From Luteibacter sp. (GTDB lineage Bacteria > Pseudomonadota > Gammaproteobacteria > Xanthomonadales > Rhodanobacteraceae), in assembly GCA_035603855.1 (NCBI GenBank), contig DATNJP010000440.1:1-40544 (forward strand): a stretch of 40,544 nt of DNA. The letters run 5' to 3'. The translations under genes were made by a program, and so were the position numbers. Of this stretch, positions 9,036 through 20,082 are shown in pieces. Below the pieces are notes generated by a model. That model was not told the DNA's origin. It saw only the letters and a program-made list of their open reading frames with translations, and did no database searches. The stretch's first letter is position 1, and each line of letters begins with the position of its first letter.

Positions 9036-9998
9036 TCAGCGCGGCAGCGGCGGCGTGCGGTTCGACGAGGGGTCCGCCGGGCCGCGCTGGGAAGCAAGCG
9101 AGTCCCTGGCAAGCTCCGCGATGCCGGCCAGCGAGCCGAGGATGCCGGTGGTTTCCATCGGCAACAGCAGGGTCTTCTGGTTGGGCGACTTCGCCATCTC
9201 CTTCAGCGCCTCGACGTAGTTGTTGGCGACGAAGTAATTCAGCGCGTTGACGTCACCGCTGGCGATGGCCTGGGACACCATGGTGGTGGCCTTGGCTTCG
9301 GCCTCGGCGAGGCGCTCGCGTGCTTCCGCCTCGCGGAACGCGGCTTCCTTCTTGCCCTCGGCTTCCAGGATGGCCGACTGCTTCTCGCCCTCGGCCTTGA
9401 GGATGGCGGCCTGGCGGAAACCCTCGGCATCGAGGATGTTCGCGCGCTTCTCGCGCTCGGCCTTCATCTGCCGGGCCATGGCGTCGACGAGGTCGCGCGG
9501 CGGCGAAATGTCCTTGATCTCGATGCGGGTGACCTTTACGCCCCAGGGATGCGTGGCTTCATCCACCACGCCGAGCAGCTTCGCGTTGATCGCGTCACGC
9601 TGGCTGAGGCTTTCGTCGAGATCCATCGAACCGAGCACGGTACGGATGTTGGTCATGATGAGCGCGAGCGCCGCCATCTCGAGATTGGCGACCTCATAGG
9701 CGGCCTTGGCGGCATCGAGCACTTGGTAGAACACCACGCCGTCGACGCGGACCACCGCGTTGTCCTTGGTGATGACGTCCTGCGAGGGAACCTCGAGCAC
9801 CTGTTCCATCATGTTCATCTTGCGCCCGATGGCATAGACGAACGGGATGAGGAAATGCAGGCCCGGCGTCAGCGTGCCCGTGTACTTGCCGAACATCTCG
9901 ACTGTCCACTCGTAGCCCTGCGGCACGATGCGGATGAGCTTGGCCAGAATGATGATGGCGACCACCACCACGACCAGCGCGACGACGAAACTTCCCAT
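9036..9998 (-). CDS. SPFH/band 7 (QmcA/paraslipin-like) membrane protein
   Basis: '[11 protein letters not shown]', 'QDVITKDNA', '[13 protein letters not shown]', '[10 protein letters not shown]' coiled coil. Confidence 0.93.
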   Translation of the reverse strand: MGSFVVALVVVVVAIIILAKLIRIVPQGYEWTVEMFGKYTGTLTPGLHFLIPFVYAIGRKMNMMEQVLEVPSQDVITKDNAVVRVDGVVFYQVLDAAKAAYEVANLEMAALALIMTNIRTVLGSMDLDESLSQRDAINAKLLGVVDEATHPWGVKVTRIEIKDISPPRDLVDAMARQMKAEREKRANILDAEGFRQAAILKAEGEKQSAILEAEGKKEAAFREAEARERLAEAEAKATTMVSQAIASGDVNALNYFVANNYVEALKEMAKSPNQKTLLLPMETTGILGSLAGIAELARDSLASQRGPADPSSNRTPPLPR

Positions 9999-10055
9999 GA
10001 CCCTGTTTCTCCCTATCCCGGTATGTCCCCGGAGTATAGGCGAAGCGCCTCGGGG

Positions 10056-11441
10056 CTAACCGCCAGGGAGGACGAGGGTCACGCGCAGGCCGCCGCCGTC
10101 GCGATTGGCCAGCGCGATGCGGCCGCCGTGGGCTTCCGAAATTTCGCGGGCCAGGGCCAGGCCGAGGCCCGTACCCGAGCGTTTCGTGGAATAAAACGGC
10201 AGCAGTGCCTGGGCCAGCACGGTCTCGCTCATGCCGGGGCCGCGGTCGGCCACTTCGATCAGTGTTTCCCGGCCCACGTGATGCACGGAAAGCGACACTT
10301 CGTTGGCGTCGCCACCGGCTTCATGCGCGTTCTTGATCAGGTTGATCAGCACCTGTTCGACCTGGGTGGGATCGAACCAGCCGGGATGCTCCGGGGGCGG
10401 CGCGGCGAGGCGGAACTGCGCATGCAGGGCCAGCGCGTCCAGGAAGGGCACCCACGGCACTTCCCTTGCCTGCGGCGCCGGCAGCTTGGCGAAACTCGCG
10501 TAGCCCGAGATGAAACTGTGCAGGTGCCTGGCCCGGTCGCCGATCGAGGCGAAGACGCCCGGCAAGCGCTCGAGGTCACCGCGGCGGGCCAGTTCGGCAC
10601 CCGAATGCGACAGCGAGGAAATGGGGGCGAGCGAATTGTTGAGTTCGTGGCTGATGACGCGGATCACGCGCTTCCACGTATGCACTTCCTGGCGCGAAAG
10701 CTCACGCGTCATGCGCCGGTAAAGCTGCAGGCGGTGCGGTCGTCCCTGCAGGCGAAAGCCACGCTGGGACAGGTGGAAGGTTTCCTCACTGCCGTCCATC
10801 TCGACGGAGAACAGCGCATCCTCGCCACCCGCCGCCGCGTTGCGCAGGCTTTCCGGCATGGCGGCAAGCACCGTCTCGAATTCCAGCCCCGCCAGCGTGC
10901 GCCCTTCATTGAAGAGATGGCGTGCCGCGATATTGGCGTAGGTGACCTTGCCCGAGGGATCGGTGAGGACCAGCGCCACGGGTGTGTTCTGCACGACGGT
11001 GTCCAGCAGCAGTTCGCGTTGGGCCAGGTGCTGGCGCTGGTCGCGCAGGGTCTGTCCCAGCGCATTGTGCATGCGGATGAGGTCACCGAGTTCGTCGCGC
11101 CGCGTCGTCCCGATCGACATGCTGAAATCGCCGTCGCGAAAACTTGCCACCGCGCTTTCCAGTGCGCGCATCAGGCGGCGGAGTGGCTCGATCAACGCAT
11201 GCGCCACCCATGCCGACAGGGGAATCAGCACGAGCAGGCAGATGACCAGCGCGGTCCCGCCGTCGAAGGACTCGACCGCATGCACCGGAGGCAGCTTGCC
11301 GGTCTTGTCCGGCACCGCGCGGATCCAGGCCACCAATTGAGGGAACGGCCAGATCGATACGCCCGCGAACACCAGCGCGCCGACGATGGCCGAGGTGGCC
11401 ACGACGAGGGTCATCCGTCCTTCGAGCGAGAGCGTCTTCAT
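10056..11441 (-). CDS. Membrane sensor histidine kinase (2 TM, HAMP, PAS, HisKA, HATPase)
   Basis: H-box 'SHELNNSLAPI', N-box 'NLIKNA', 'DRGPG', 'GTGLGL'; HAMP 'RRDELGDL'; PAS-like 'TPVALVLTDPSGKVTYAN'. Confidence 0.92.
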   Translation of the reverse strand: MKTLSLEGRMTLVVATSAIVGALVFAGVSIWPFPQLVAWIRAVPDKTGKLPPVHAVESFDGGTALVICLLVLIPLSAWVAHALIEPLRRLMRALESAVASFRDGDFSMSIGTTRRDELGDLIRMHNALGQTLRDQRQHLAQRELLLDTVVQNTPVALVLTDPSGKVTYANIAARHLFNEGRTLAGLEFETVLAAMPESLRNAAAGGEDALFSVEMDGSEETFHLSQRGFRLQGRPHRLQLYRRMTRELSRQEVHTWKRVIRVISHELNNSLAPISSLSHSGAELARRGDLERLPGVFASIGDRARHLHSFISGYASFAKLPAPQAREVPWVPFLDALALHAQFRLAAPPPEHPGWFDPTQVEQVLINLIKNAHEAGGDANEVSLSVHHVGRETLIEVADRGPGMSETVLAQALLPFYSTKRSGTGLGLALAREISEAHGGRIALANRDGGGLRVTLVLPGG

Positions 11442-11454
11442 GAAGGCGAACGTA

Positions 11455-12789
<1,335 letters not shown>

Positions 12790-12864
12790 CTGGTCTCTTC
12801 GCATACGGGCATGGATGCCTCCCCCGGCGAAAAGGTTGCATCCCCGCCGGCACATTTTTCCATT

Positions 12865-14082
12865 CTAGCCACGCGTGGCCTCGACCGGGGGCACCGAGGC
12901 CGCTCGCAGCGCCGGAGCCAGCACGGCGGCCTGGCCGAGCAGCCATAGCACGACGGCCCCGATAGGCAGGTAGTACAGCGGCAGGCGCGGCAGTTCGTAG
13001 GCCCGCATCATGATCAGGTTGATGCCATAGGCCAGCGCCATGCCCAGCGCGACGCCCATGCTGGCGAGCAGGAAGTTCTCGGTCTGGAAGTAACGAAGCA
13101 CGTCCACGCGACGGGCTCCCAGGGCCCGCCGCACGCCGATCTGGCGACGCCGCTGGGCGACCCAGAAGCTGGCCAGGCCGACAATGCCCAATGCCGTGAC
13201 GACGAGCAGGGCCACGCAGATGCCTACCAGCAGCACGGTCGTCGCACGGTCCGCCGCGAAGAAGCGTGAGCGGATCTCCGGATACAGGCGCTTGTCGACG
13301 ATGACGCGGCGTGGATCGACGGCCTTGAGCGCCGCGACCGATCCGGTCAACGCACGGGCTGCCTCGCCGGGGCGCGCCCTGATGGTGAATCCGGCACCGT
13401 AGGAGGGAATCATGCGATACGGCAGCAGCACGGCGTGATGGATCTCCGCGGTGTCCGTCGATCCTCCCTGCGCAAGACGATCCACGACGCCGACGATGCG
13501 GAACGTGGCGTCCCCAATGATCAGCGATTTGCCGACGGCCGACTCACCGGGGAAGAGCTTGTTGGCCAGGTCTTGCGTCAGCATGGCCGTCCAGCTCGAA
13601 CGATCCGCCTGCGCCTTGAAATCATCGATCCATGTGTACTCGTCGGGTTGGATGTAACGGCCGGCGACGAGCCGCGTACCGAACGTCTGCGCGATGTTCT
13701 CGCCGTAATAAGCAGCCACTTCGGCGCTCGCGATGCGTTGGTCCGGGGTCAACTTGATCGTGGTGCTCCACGACGTGGAACCGAACGGCACGGAATTGCT
13801 CACCGTCGCCGCTTCCACGCCGGGTACGGCGCGGAGCGCCGCAAGGTCGGCTTCGACGCGGGCGTGCACGTCCGTGCGCCGACCGATATCGGAAACGAGG
13901 ATGCGCACGATGCGGTCTTCGTCGATCCCGCTGGGCGTGTCCATCCAGCGCAGGCGGTCGCTGATCAGGAAAACGGCGTTGCAGATGATCGCGCAGGTCA
14001 ACGCGATCTGAAGCACCATGAGCGTGGCGGTGAACTTGTGCCGGCTGAGCGTGGACAGGATGGGAGCGATTTGCAGGGGCAT
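12865..14082 (-). CDS. MacB/FtsX-like ABC permease, type B copy 2
   Basis: 'LQIALTCAIICNA', large periplasmic domain, 'QRRRQIGVRRALGA'; paralogue of 15406-16620. Confidence 0.9.
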   Translation of the reverse strand: MPLQIAPILSTLSRHKFTATLMVLQIALTCAIICNAVFLISDRLRWMDTPSGIDEDRIVRILVSDIGRRTDVHARVEADLAALRAVPGVEAATVSNSVPFGSTSWSTTIKLTPDQRIASAEVAAYYGENIAQTFGTRLVAGRYIQPDEYTWIDDFKAQADRSSWTAMLTQDLANKLFPGESAVGKSLIIGDATFRIVGVVDRLAQGGSTDTAEIHHAVLLPYRMIPSYGAGFTIRARPGEAARALTGSVAALKAVDPRRVIVDKRLYPEIRSRFFAADRATTVLLVGICVALLVVTALGIVGLASFWVAQRRRQIGVRRALGARRVDVLRYFQTENFLLASMGVALGMALAYGINLIMMRAYELPRLPLYYLPIGAVVLWLLGQAAVLAPALRAASVPPVEATRG

Positions 14083-14084
14083 CG

Positions 14085-15389
14085 TCACTGGCTCTTTATC
14101 TGCAAGGCCGGGGCGATCCGGCACACCCGCCAGGCCGGCAGCATGCCGGCCGCCAACGCGGCGAGGATGGAAACCACGAACGTCATGCCGAGCATGGCCA
14201 GGTCGAGGTGGGCGAGTTGCGCCGCGGCGCCCGGTTGCATGCGGATGATGGAGAGCCCGAGCAGGGCCACCCCGAGCCCGAGCACGCCGCCGGCCAGACC
14301 GACGATGGCCGCTTCCGTCAGTAACTGCATGAACACGCTGCGACGCGACGCGCCGAGGGCACGACGGACGCCCACTTCACCCGCGCGACGCATGAACTTC
14401 GCCAGCATCAGGCCGACGGTATTGACCAGGCAGACGACGAAGAAGCCCAGGGACAGCCACACCTGCAACCGCGCGTCGCTGGGCACGACGTGTTGTTCGT
14501 CCAGAAAGCGCATGACATCGGGCAGATCGGTGTTCACGGGCCGCTGGAACCGTCCGGACTTCAACTGCTCCGCGACGTAGCCATCGAGGAACTGGCGGTA
14601 TGCCGCGACTTCGGCGGCGCCGTGGAGCTGCACCCAGAACTGCAGCCAGGTGCACTCCGCCGATTCCATGTTCGCCTCGTCGCTGGAGCCCTTGCCCCAG
14701 CATGAAATACCGCCGTTACGCGGCAACAGTTGCGAGCGCGCCGTGCTCAGCGGAACGAGGAGATCCTCGCTGCTGCCATAGCTGCCGACGGTCAGGTCGA
14801 AGAAGTGTGGCGACGGCCGCCACGGGTTCAGCACTCCGATGATGCGCAGGTCCACGCCACCGGCACGGACGGTGCGCCCGACGCTGTTCTCTCCATGGAA
14901 CAGACGATCGTTCAGTTCGGCGCCAATGACCGCGACGCGGGCACGCGATTCATCCTCCGCCGCGCCCCACGGCTGGCCGTAGCGGAACGGCGTCTGGAAC
15001 ATCGCGAAGAAGTCCGCCGTGGCATATCGCGCCGGCACGATGAACGGATCGATGGCCGGATCGTCGGGCTGCACCGGCGCGGCACCGCCGACCATCAGCA
15101 CCTGTCGCTGCGCGCGCCGCGCCTTCAGCAGATTGTTGCCGTCGATCCAGGTGACCTGGGTCGGCAACGCCACCGACGGTTCGAACCCGTCCTTGTCGCG
15201 CGGGTCGAATCGCGGGATGAAGATCGATCCGCTGCTTCCTGGCAGCGGATCGCCCGAGAGCACATGCAACACCGTCAGGGTTGTCATGCTGGCCCCGATC
15301 CCGAGGGCGATGGCGATGATCATCAGCGCCGTGAGCGCCCTGCTCCGCCGGAGGCTGCGCAGGGCGAGTTCCAGGTAGTAACCGAACAT
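14085..15389 (-). CDS. MacB/FtsX-like ABC permease, type A copy 2
   Basis: 'MFGYYLELALRSLRR', 'KFMRRAGEVGVRRALGA'; paralogue of 16631-17938. Confidence 0.9.
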   Translation of the reverse strand: MFGYYLELALRSLRRSRALTALMIIAIALGIGASMTTLTVLHVLSGDPLPGSSGSIFIPRFDPRDKDGFEPSVALPTQVTWIDGNNLLKARRAQRQVLMVGGAAPVQPDDPAIDPFIVPARYATADFFAMFQTPFRYGQPWGAAEDESRARVAVIGAELNDRLFHGENSVGRTVRAGGVDLRIIGVLNPWRPSPHFFDLTVGSYGSSEDLLVPLSTARSQLLPRNGGISCWGKGSSDEANMESAECTWLQFWVQLHGAAEVAAYRQFLDGYVAEQLKSGRFQRPVNTDLPDVMRFLDEQHVVPSDARLQVWLSLGFFVVCLVNTVGLMLAKFMRRAGEVGVRRALGASRRSVFMQLLTEAAIVGLAGGVLGLGVALLGLSIIRMQPGAAAQLAHLDLAMLGMTFVVSILAALAAGMLPAWRVCRIAPALQIKSQ

Positions 15390-15405
15390 CGGGGTTCCTG
15401 TGGGT

Positions 15406-16620
15406 TCAGACGCTGCGCGTGGCTTCGACGGGTGACACCCTGGAGGCGCGCAGCGCAGGCGCGAAGACCGCGGCCTGTCCGAGGCCCAGGAGGATCACCA
15501 CACCGACGAGGACGTACGTGAACGACAACCGCTCCATCTCGAACTGCGTGAACATCCACTGGTTCATGCCCAGCGCCAGCACCACGCCGACCACGACGCC
15601 CGACAGCGCGATCAGGAAGTTCTCCGTCATGAAATAACTGAGGATGTCGCTCCGGCGCGCACCCAGCGCACGCCGCACGCCGATCTGCTTGCGCCGCTGT
15701 CCCACCCAGAAACTGGACAGGCCCACGATGCCCGCCGCGGTGATCGCCAGCAGCACGCCGCAGACGACGCTCATGAGCACCGCCATGCCGCGATCCGCCT
15801 CATAGGCGTCCTTGCGGACCATGTCGAACGTGCGCACGCCGTAGCGCTCGGGCAGCACGCGCATGCGGCTCACGCCATAGAGCGTGTTCGCGATCGACTT
15901 GTAAACCGCATCCTGCTGGCCCTGCTTGGCACGCACGACGAAATGCTGGTAGCTGCTGTTGAAGAACAACGGCATGATCGAGACGTTGTCGATGAAATCG
16001 GCATCGATCCACGGCACCGTGAGCTTCTCGACGATGCCGATGATGATCGACGGCCTTCCCTTCACGTAGTACACGGTCTTGCCCAGCGCGCTTTCGCCGG
16101 GAAAGAGTTTTTCCGCGAGGGCCTTGGTCACGATGACCTGCGCAGGCACCGGCTGCTGGTCGCGCTCGAACGCGGTGACCTCGCTGGCGCTGAAGTTGCG
16201 ACCGGCGATCAGCTTCACGCCCAACGTGGCGAGCGTGTGCTCGTCGCCGAAGTACAGCGCACTCTGCACGCCGTTCTTCGTTCCATCGGGCTTCGTCTGG
16301 ATACTCGTCGACCACCCACCCCGGCGGAGGGGGAAGGCGTTGGTCACATAGGCATCCTCGACGCCAGGCATCGACCGGATGGCCTGGATATCGGTCTTCA
16401 TCAGCGGGACGTAGGTCGAGGGCGAACCGACGTAGAGGTTCTGCACGGCCACCACGTTGGATTCGTTCATGCCGGTCGGGCGGTTCACGCGATCGAGACG
16501 CTCATGGACGATGAACAGCGCGTTGCAGACGATGGCTAGCGTCAGGGCGATCTGCAGCGCGATGAGGATGGTGCCCGCCTTGTGCCGGCGAAGCGCGGAG
16601 AGGATGGGTTTGATCTGCAT
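15406..16620 (-). CDS. MacB/FtsX-like ABC permease, type B copy 1
   Basis: 'LQIALTLAIVCNA', 'QRRKQIGVRRALGA', 4-TM topology. Confidence 0.9.
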   Translation of the reverse strand: MQIKPILSALRRHKAGTILIALQIALTLAIVCNALFIVHERLDRVNRPTGMNESNVVAVQNLYVGSPSTYVPLMKTDIQAIRSMPGVEDAYVTNAFPLRRGGWSTSIQTKPDGTKNGVQSALYFGDEHTLATLGVKLIAGRNFSASEVTAFERDQQPVPAQVIVTKALAEKLFPGESALGKTVYYVKGRPSIIIGIVEKLTVPWIDADFIDNVSIMPLFFNSSYQHFVVRAKQGQQDAVYKSIANTLYGVSRMRVLPERYGVRTFDMVRKDAYEADRGMAVLMSVVCGVLLAITAAGIVGLSSFWVGQRRKQIGVRRALGARRSDILSYFMTENFLIALSGVVVGVVLALGMNQWMFTQFEMERLSFTYVLVGVVILLGLGQAAVFAPALRASRVSPVEATRSV

Positions 16621-16630
16621 GGCGATATCC

Positions 16631-17938
16631 TCAGTTCGACTTCAGCTGCCAGGCAGGCTGCACCTGCGCGGCTCGCCATGTGGGATAGAACGCGGCGATG
16701 ACCGATGCGGCGATCGCCACCACGAGGGTGAGGGCCATGAGCGTCGGGTCGAGCGTGGCGAGGCGTGCGATTTCCTCGGGGAACACGAGACCGACGCCGA
16801 GCACGCCAAGGCCGGTCAGCAACAACCCGAGCACGCCGCCGGCGATACCCACGGTGCCCGCCTCGATCAGGAACTGCGCGTAGATGTCACGACGCGATGC
16901 GCCCAGTGCGCGGCGCACGCCGATCTCGGGCGCGCGGCGCATGAATTTCGCCAGCAGCAGGCCAATGGTGTTGACCAGGCAGATGATCAGGAAGCCCAGC
17001 GACACCAGGAGCGACACCTGAGATTCACGCGGCACCACCTTCTGCACCGACAGCCAGTCCATGACATTGCGTAGCTTGACGTTCGGCGCCCAGCTGAAAC
17101 GTCCCGAGCGCTGCATCTCCGCGGCATACCCGGTCAGGTATTCGCGATACGCCTCTGCCTCGGACTTGCTGGGCAGTTCCGCCCACAACGAAAGCCAGAT
17201 GCATTCCGAACGCAGGTAGTTCTCCCAACCTTCGCCTGGATCCTTGAAGCAGTTGTTGTTGCCGTTGTTAGGCAGCTTCAGGTCCATTGCGCGGTTGAAC
17301 GGCACGTACACCGACGCACCATCGTCGAAGCCCTGCGTATTGGGAACATCGAAGAACACCGGCTGCGGATGCCAGTCCGCGATCACGCCCGTGATCTGGA
17401 ACAGGTGCCCGTCGAGGTTCACCTGCTTGCCGACGCTGGGACCGCCGTTGAACAGCTTGTCGTTCAGCGCCTTGCTGATGACGATGACGGACGCGTGCTT
17501 CTCGTCATCCTCGAGGCTCCACGGCCTGCCCTGCAGGAAGGGCACGTCGAACATCGGGAAGAAGTCCGCACCCGTCGCATACGCGCCCTGGCGCATCGGC
17601 AGGCGTGAGGGATCCTCGGGGATCACCGAGACGCCGATCGGGTAGGTCACCGTCTGCCGCTGGGCCTTGCGCGCGCGCAGCAGCGTCGTCGCGTCGGTGT
17701 AGCTCAGGGCCGGCGGCGGCTCGCCGTTCTTGGTGTTCTCGGGACCCCAGTTATCCACCTGAACGTTGTACAGGACATCGGATTTCTGCGGGATCGGATC
17801 GCGCGAGGTCGCGCGGAACACCGAGTAGGTGGTCATCGCCGCGGCCACGCCGAAACCGATGGCCATCACCATCAGGGCGGTGAGCACCGGGTTTCGGCGC
17901 AGGCTGCGCAGGCCGAGATGCAGGTAATAACTGAACAT
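16631..17938 (-). CDS. MacB/FtsX-like ABC permease, type A copy 1
   Basis: 'MFSYYLHLGLRSLRR', 'KFMRRAPEIGVRRALGA'. Confidence 0.9.
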   Translation of the reverse strand: MFSYYLHLGLRSLRRNPVLTALMVMAIGFGVAAAMTTYSVFRATSRDPIPQKSDVLYNVQVDNWGPENTKNGEPPPALSYTDATTLLRARKAQRQTVTYPIGVSVIPEDPSRLPMRQGAYATGADFFPMFDVPFLQGRPWSLEDDEKHASVIVISKALNDKLFNGGPSVGKQVNLDGHLFQITGVIADWHPQPVFFDVPNTQGFDDGASVYVPFNRAMDLKLPNNGNNNCFKDPGEGWENYLRSECIWLSLWAELPSKSEAEAYREYLTGYAAEMQRSGRFSWAPNVKLRNVMDWLSVQKVVPRESQVSLLVSLGFLIICLVNTIGLLLAKFMRRAPEIGVRRALGASRRDIYAQFLIEAGTVGIAGGVLGLLLTGLGVLGVGLVFPEEIARLATLDPTLMALTLVVAIAASVIAAFYPTWRAAQVQPAWQLKSN

Positions 17939-17968
17939 GGACTTCCCCCGGGACGAAGGGCGATGGGA

Positions 17969-18679
17969 TCAGGAGTTGGCGACGTGGGCGTGGGTGTGGA
18001 AGCGCGGTTCTTCCGCGAGATCCACTACCTGTCCGTCGATGACGTGGACATTGCGCTGCGCACGCGCGGCCAGTTCCGGATCGTGGGTGACCATGACGAT
18101 CGTGGCGCCCTCGCGATGGATCTCCTCGAGCAGCTCCATGACGCCACGCGCCATCTGCGTATCGAGGTTACCGGTCGGTTCGTCCGCCAGGAGGAGACGG
18201 GGCGAACCCGCCAGCGCACGCGCAATGGCGACACGCTGCTGCTGGCCGCCCGAGAGTTCCGCCGGATAATGCTTGGCGCGCGAGGCCAGGCCCACGCGTT
18301 CCAGCGCGTCCATGATGCGCTGCTTGCGTTCGGCGGCCTTCATGCCGCGATAGCGCAGCGGCACTTCCACGTTGTCGAACACGTTGAGGTCGGGAATCAG
18401 GTTGAACGCCTGGAAGATGAAGCCGATCTTCTCATTGCGGATCTTCGAACGGGCGTTGTCGTTGAGCTGGCTCACCTCGACGCCGTCCAGGTGGTACTCC
18501 CCGCCGGTGAAGGTTTCGAGCAGGCCGGCGATGGTCAGGAAGGTGGTCTTGCCCGAGCCCGAGGGACCGGTCACGGCGACGAACTCGCCTTCCTTCACAT
18601 CGATGTTGAAGTCGCGCAGGGCGTAGGTCTCGACGACTTCCGTGCGGTAGACCTTGGCGAGATGGTTCATCTTGAGCAT
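17969..18679 (-). CDS. ABC transporter ATP-binding protein (LolD/MacB-type)
   Basis: 'GPSGSGKT', 'IGFIFQAFNL', 'LSGGQQQRVAIARAL', 'LLADEPTGNLD', 'VTHD'. Confidence 0.95.
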   Translation of the reverse strand: MLKMNHLAKVYRTEVVETYALRDFNIDVKEGEFVAVTGPSGSGKTTFLTIAGLLETFTGGEYHLDGVEVSQLNDNARSKIRNEKIGFIFQAFNLIPDLNVFDNVEVPLRYRGMKAAERKQRIMDALERVGLASRAKHYPAELSGGQQQRVAIARALAGSPRLLLADEPTGNLDTQMARGVMELLEEIHREGATIVMVTHDPELAARAQRNVHVIDGQVVDLAEEPRFHTHAHVANS

Positions 18680-18705
18680 GACGTGTCCTCGGGTGATGAA
18701 GGGAA

Positions 18706-19977
18706 TCAGCGGCTGATGGCGACGTGTTTCGCGTCGCCGAAGGTGTCGGCACCGGAGATGACGATCTTGTCGCCTTCCTTCAGGCCGTCCAGGATCTCGA
18801 TCTTGTCGATGCTGCTGGCGCCGACGCGGATGTCGCGGCGGTCGGCCATGTTTTCGTTCACGACGTAGGCGTAGCGACCGGCGCTCTCGTCGACGAAGGA
18901 ACCGCGCTGCACGGTGAGCACGTTGTCGCGCTTGTCGAGCAGGATGCGTACGGAGAGGCGCTGGCTCTGGCGCAGCTGCTTCGGCGTCTCGCCGTCGAAG
19001 CGCAGGCGGGCCGACACTTCGCCGTTCACGACCTCGGGCGACACGGCGCTCACCTTGCCGTCCCAGGTCTTGCCATTGCCGGCGATTTCGCCCGGCATGC
19101 CGATGGCGAGGTCACGGGCGAAGCTCTCGGGCACCTTCATTTCCACTTCGAGCGCGGACAGATCGATGACGCTGAGCAGCTGGGCGTCCTTGGCGACGGT
19201 GGCGCGCTCGGCGATGAACAACTGGCCGACCTGGCCGTCGACCGGCGACTTCACGTTGAGGTCTTCGACCTGGCGCTCCAGGTCCTTCACCAGCAGCAGC
19301 TGGCGATCGTGGGCGAGTTTCTTCGCCTGCACGTCGAAGGTGAGGCTGTCGTTGTCCATCGAGAGATCGGTGGTCGCATGCTTGGCCGTGACGACGGCCT
19401 TGTCCAGCGTGGACTTCGCCTTGTCGACATCGGCCACCGGCACGGCGCCCTTGTCGAACGCCGTCTGGTAACGCTTCAGGTCGCGCTCGGCGGCGGTCTG
19501 GTCGATCGTGGCGTTGTCGTAGGCTTTCTGCAGCTCGGAGCGTTTCTTCTTCGCATCGATCTGCGCGCGCAGGTATTCCACCTGCATCGCATCGGCGGCC
19601 GAGCGTTCCTGGGCAAGCTTGCTGGTGAGTTCCGGGCTGGTGATGACCGCGAGCACCTGCTCCTTCTTCACGACGTCACCGGCGTGGACCTTGAGCACCA
19701 CGGCGCCAGCGGAGGCGGCGTACATGGTGGGACTCACCGCGGCGACCACCTTGCCCTCGGCGGCGATGTCGCGCACGAAGGGGCCACGGGTCACGGTGCC
19801 GAAGGACAACCGCGAGGCGCTCACGGAGCTGTCGGCGGAAAACATGGTGGCGATCCGCGGGGCCGCCACGGCAAGCGCGACAACCACAGCGACGCCTGCG
19901 CCGATGAGCAGCAGCTTGCGGTGACGATTCGGACCGACTTCGACGAGGCGGTCCTGGGCGGAGGTATCACGGATCAT
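18706..19977 (-). CDS. Periplasmic adaptor / membrane fusion protein (MacA/HlyD-like)
   Basis: N-terminal TM anchor, lipoyl halves 'VHAGDVVKKEQVL' and 'VKSPVDGQV', long alpha-hairpin, 'EILDGLKEGDKIV'. Confidence 0.92.
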   Translation of the reverse strand: MIRDTSAQDRLVEVGPNRHRKLLLIGAGVAVVVALAVAAPRIATMFSADSSVSASRLSFGTVTRGPFVRDIAAEGKVVAAVSPTMYAASAGAVVLKVHAGDVVKKEQVLAVITSPELTSKLAQERSAADAMQVEYLRAQIDAKKKRSELQKAYDNATIDQTAAERDLKRYQTAFDKGAVPVADVDKAKSTLDKAVVTAKHATTDLSMDNDSLTFDVQAKKLAHDRQLLLVKDLERQVEDLNVKSPVDGQVGQLFIAERATVAKDAQLLSVIDLSALEVEMKVPESFARDLAIGMPGEIAGNGKTWDGKVSAVSPEVVNGEVSARLRFDGETPKQLRQSQRLSVRILLDKRDNVLTVQRGSFVDESAGRYAYVVNENMADRRDIRVGASSIDKIEILDGLKEGDKIVISGADTFGDAKHVAISR

Positions 19978-20010
19978 GGTGGCTTCCCTGGGCGACTTAC
20001 CGGGATACTG

Positions 20011-20026
20011 AGCAAGCGCCGTGCCA
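20011..20026 (-). promoter_or_regulatory. Sigma-54 (-24/-12) promoter of the exporter operon
   Basis: Minus strand TGGCACGGCGCTTGCT = exact TGGCAC-N5-TTGCW, 33 bp upstream of the adaptor ATG. Confidence 0.85.
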
Positions 20027-20030
20027 AGCC

Positions 20031-20057
20031 ATAAAAACGCGACAGATCAGATGGTTA
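20031..20057. promoter_or_regulatory. Putative IHF site between sigma-54 promoter and enhancer
   Basis: A-tract ATAAAAAC (20031-20038) then GATCAGATGGTTA (20045-20057), one mismatch to WATCARNNNNTTR. Confidence 0.55.
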
Positions 20058-20082
20058 GGAGCGTGCCTCCGCGACACGACCT

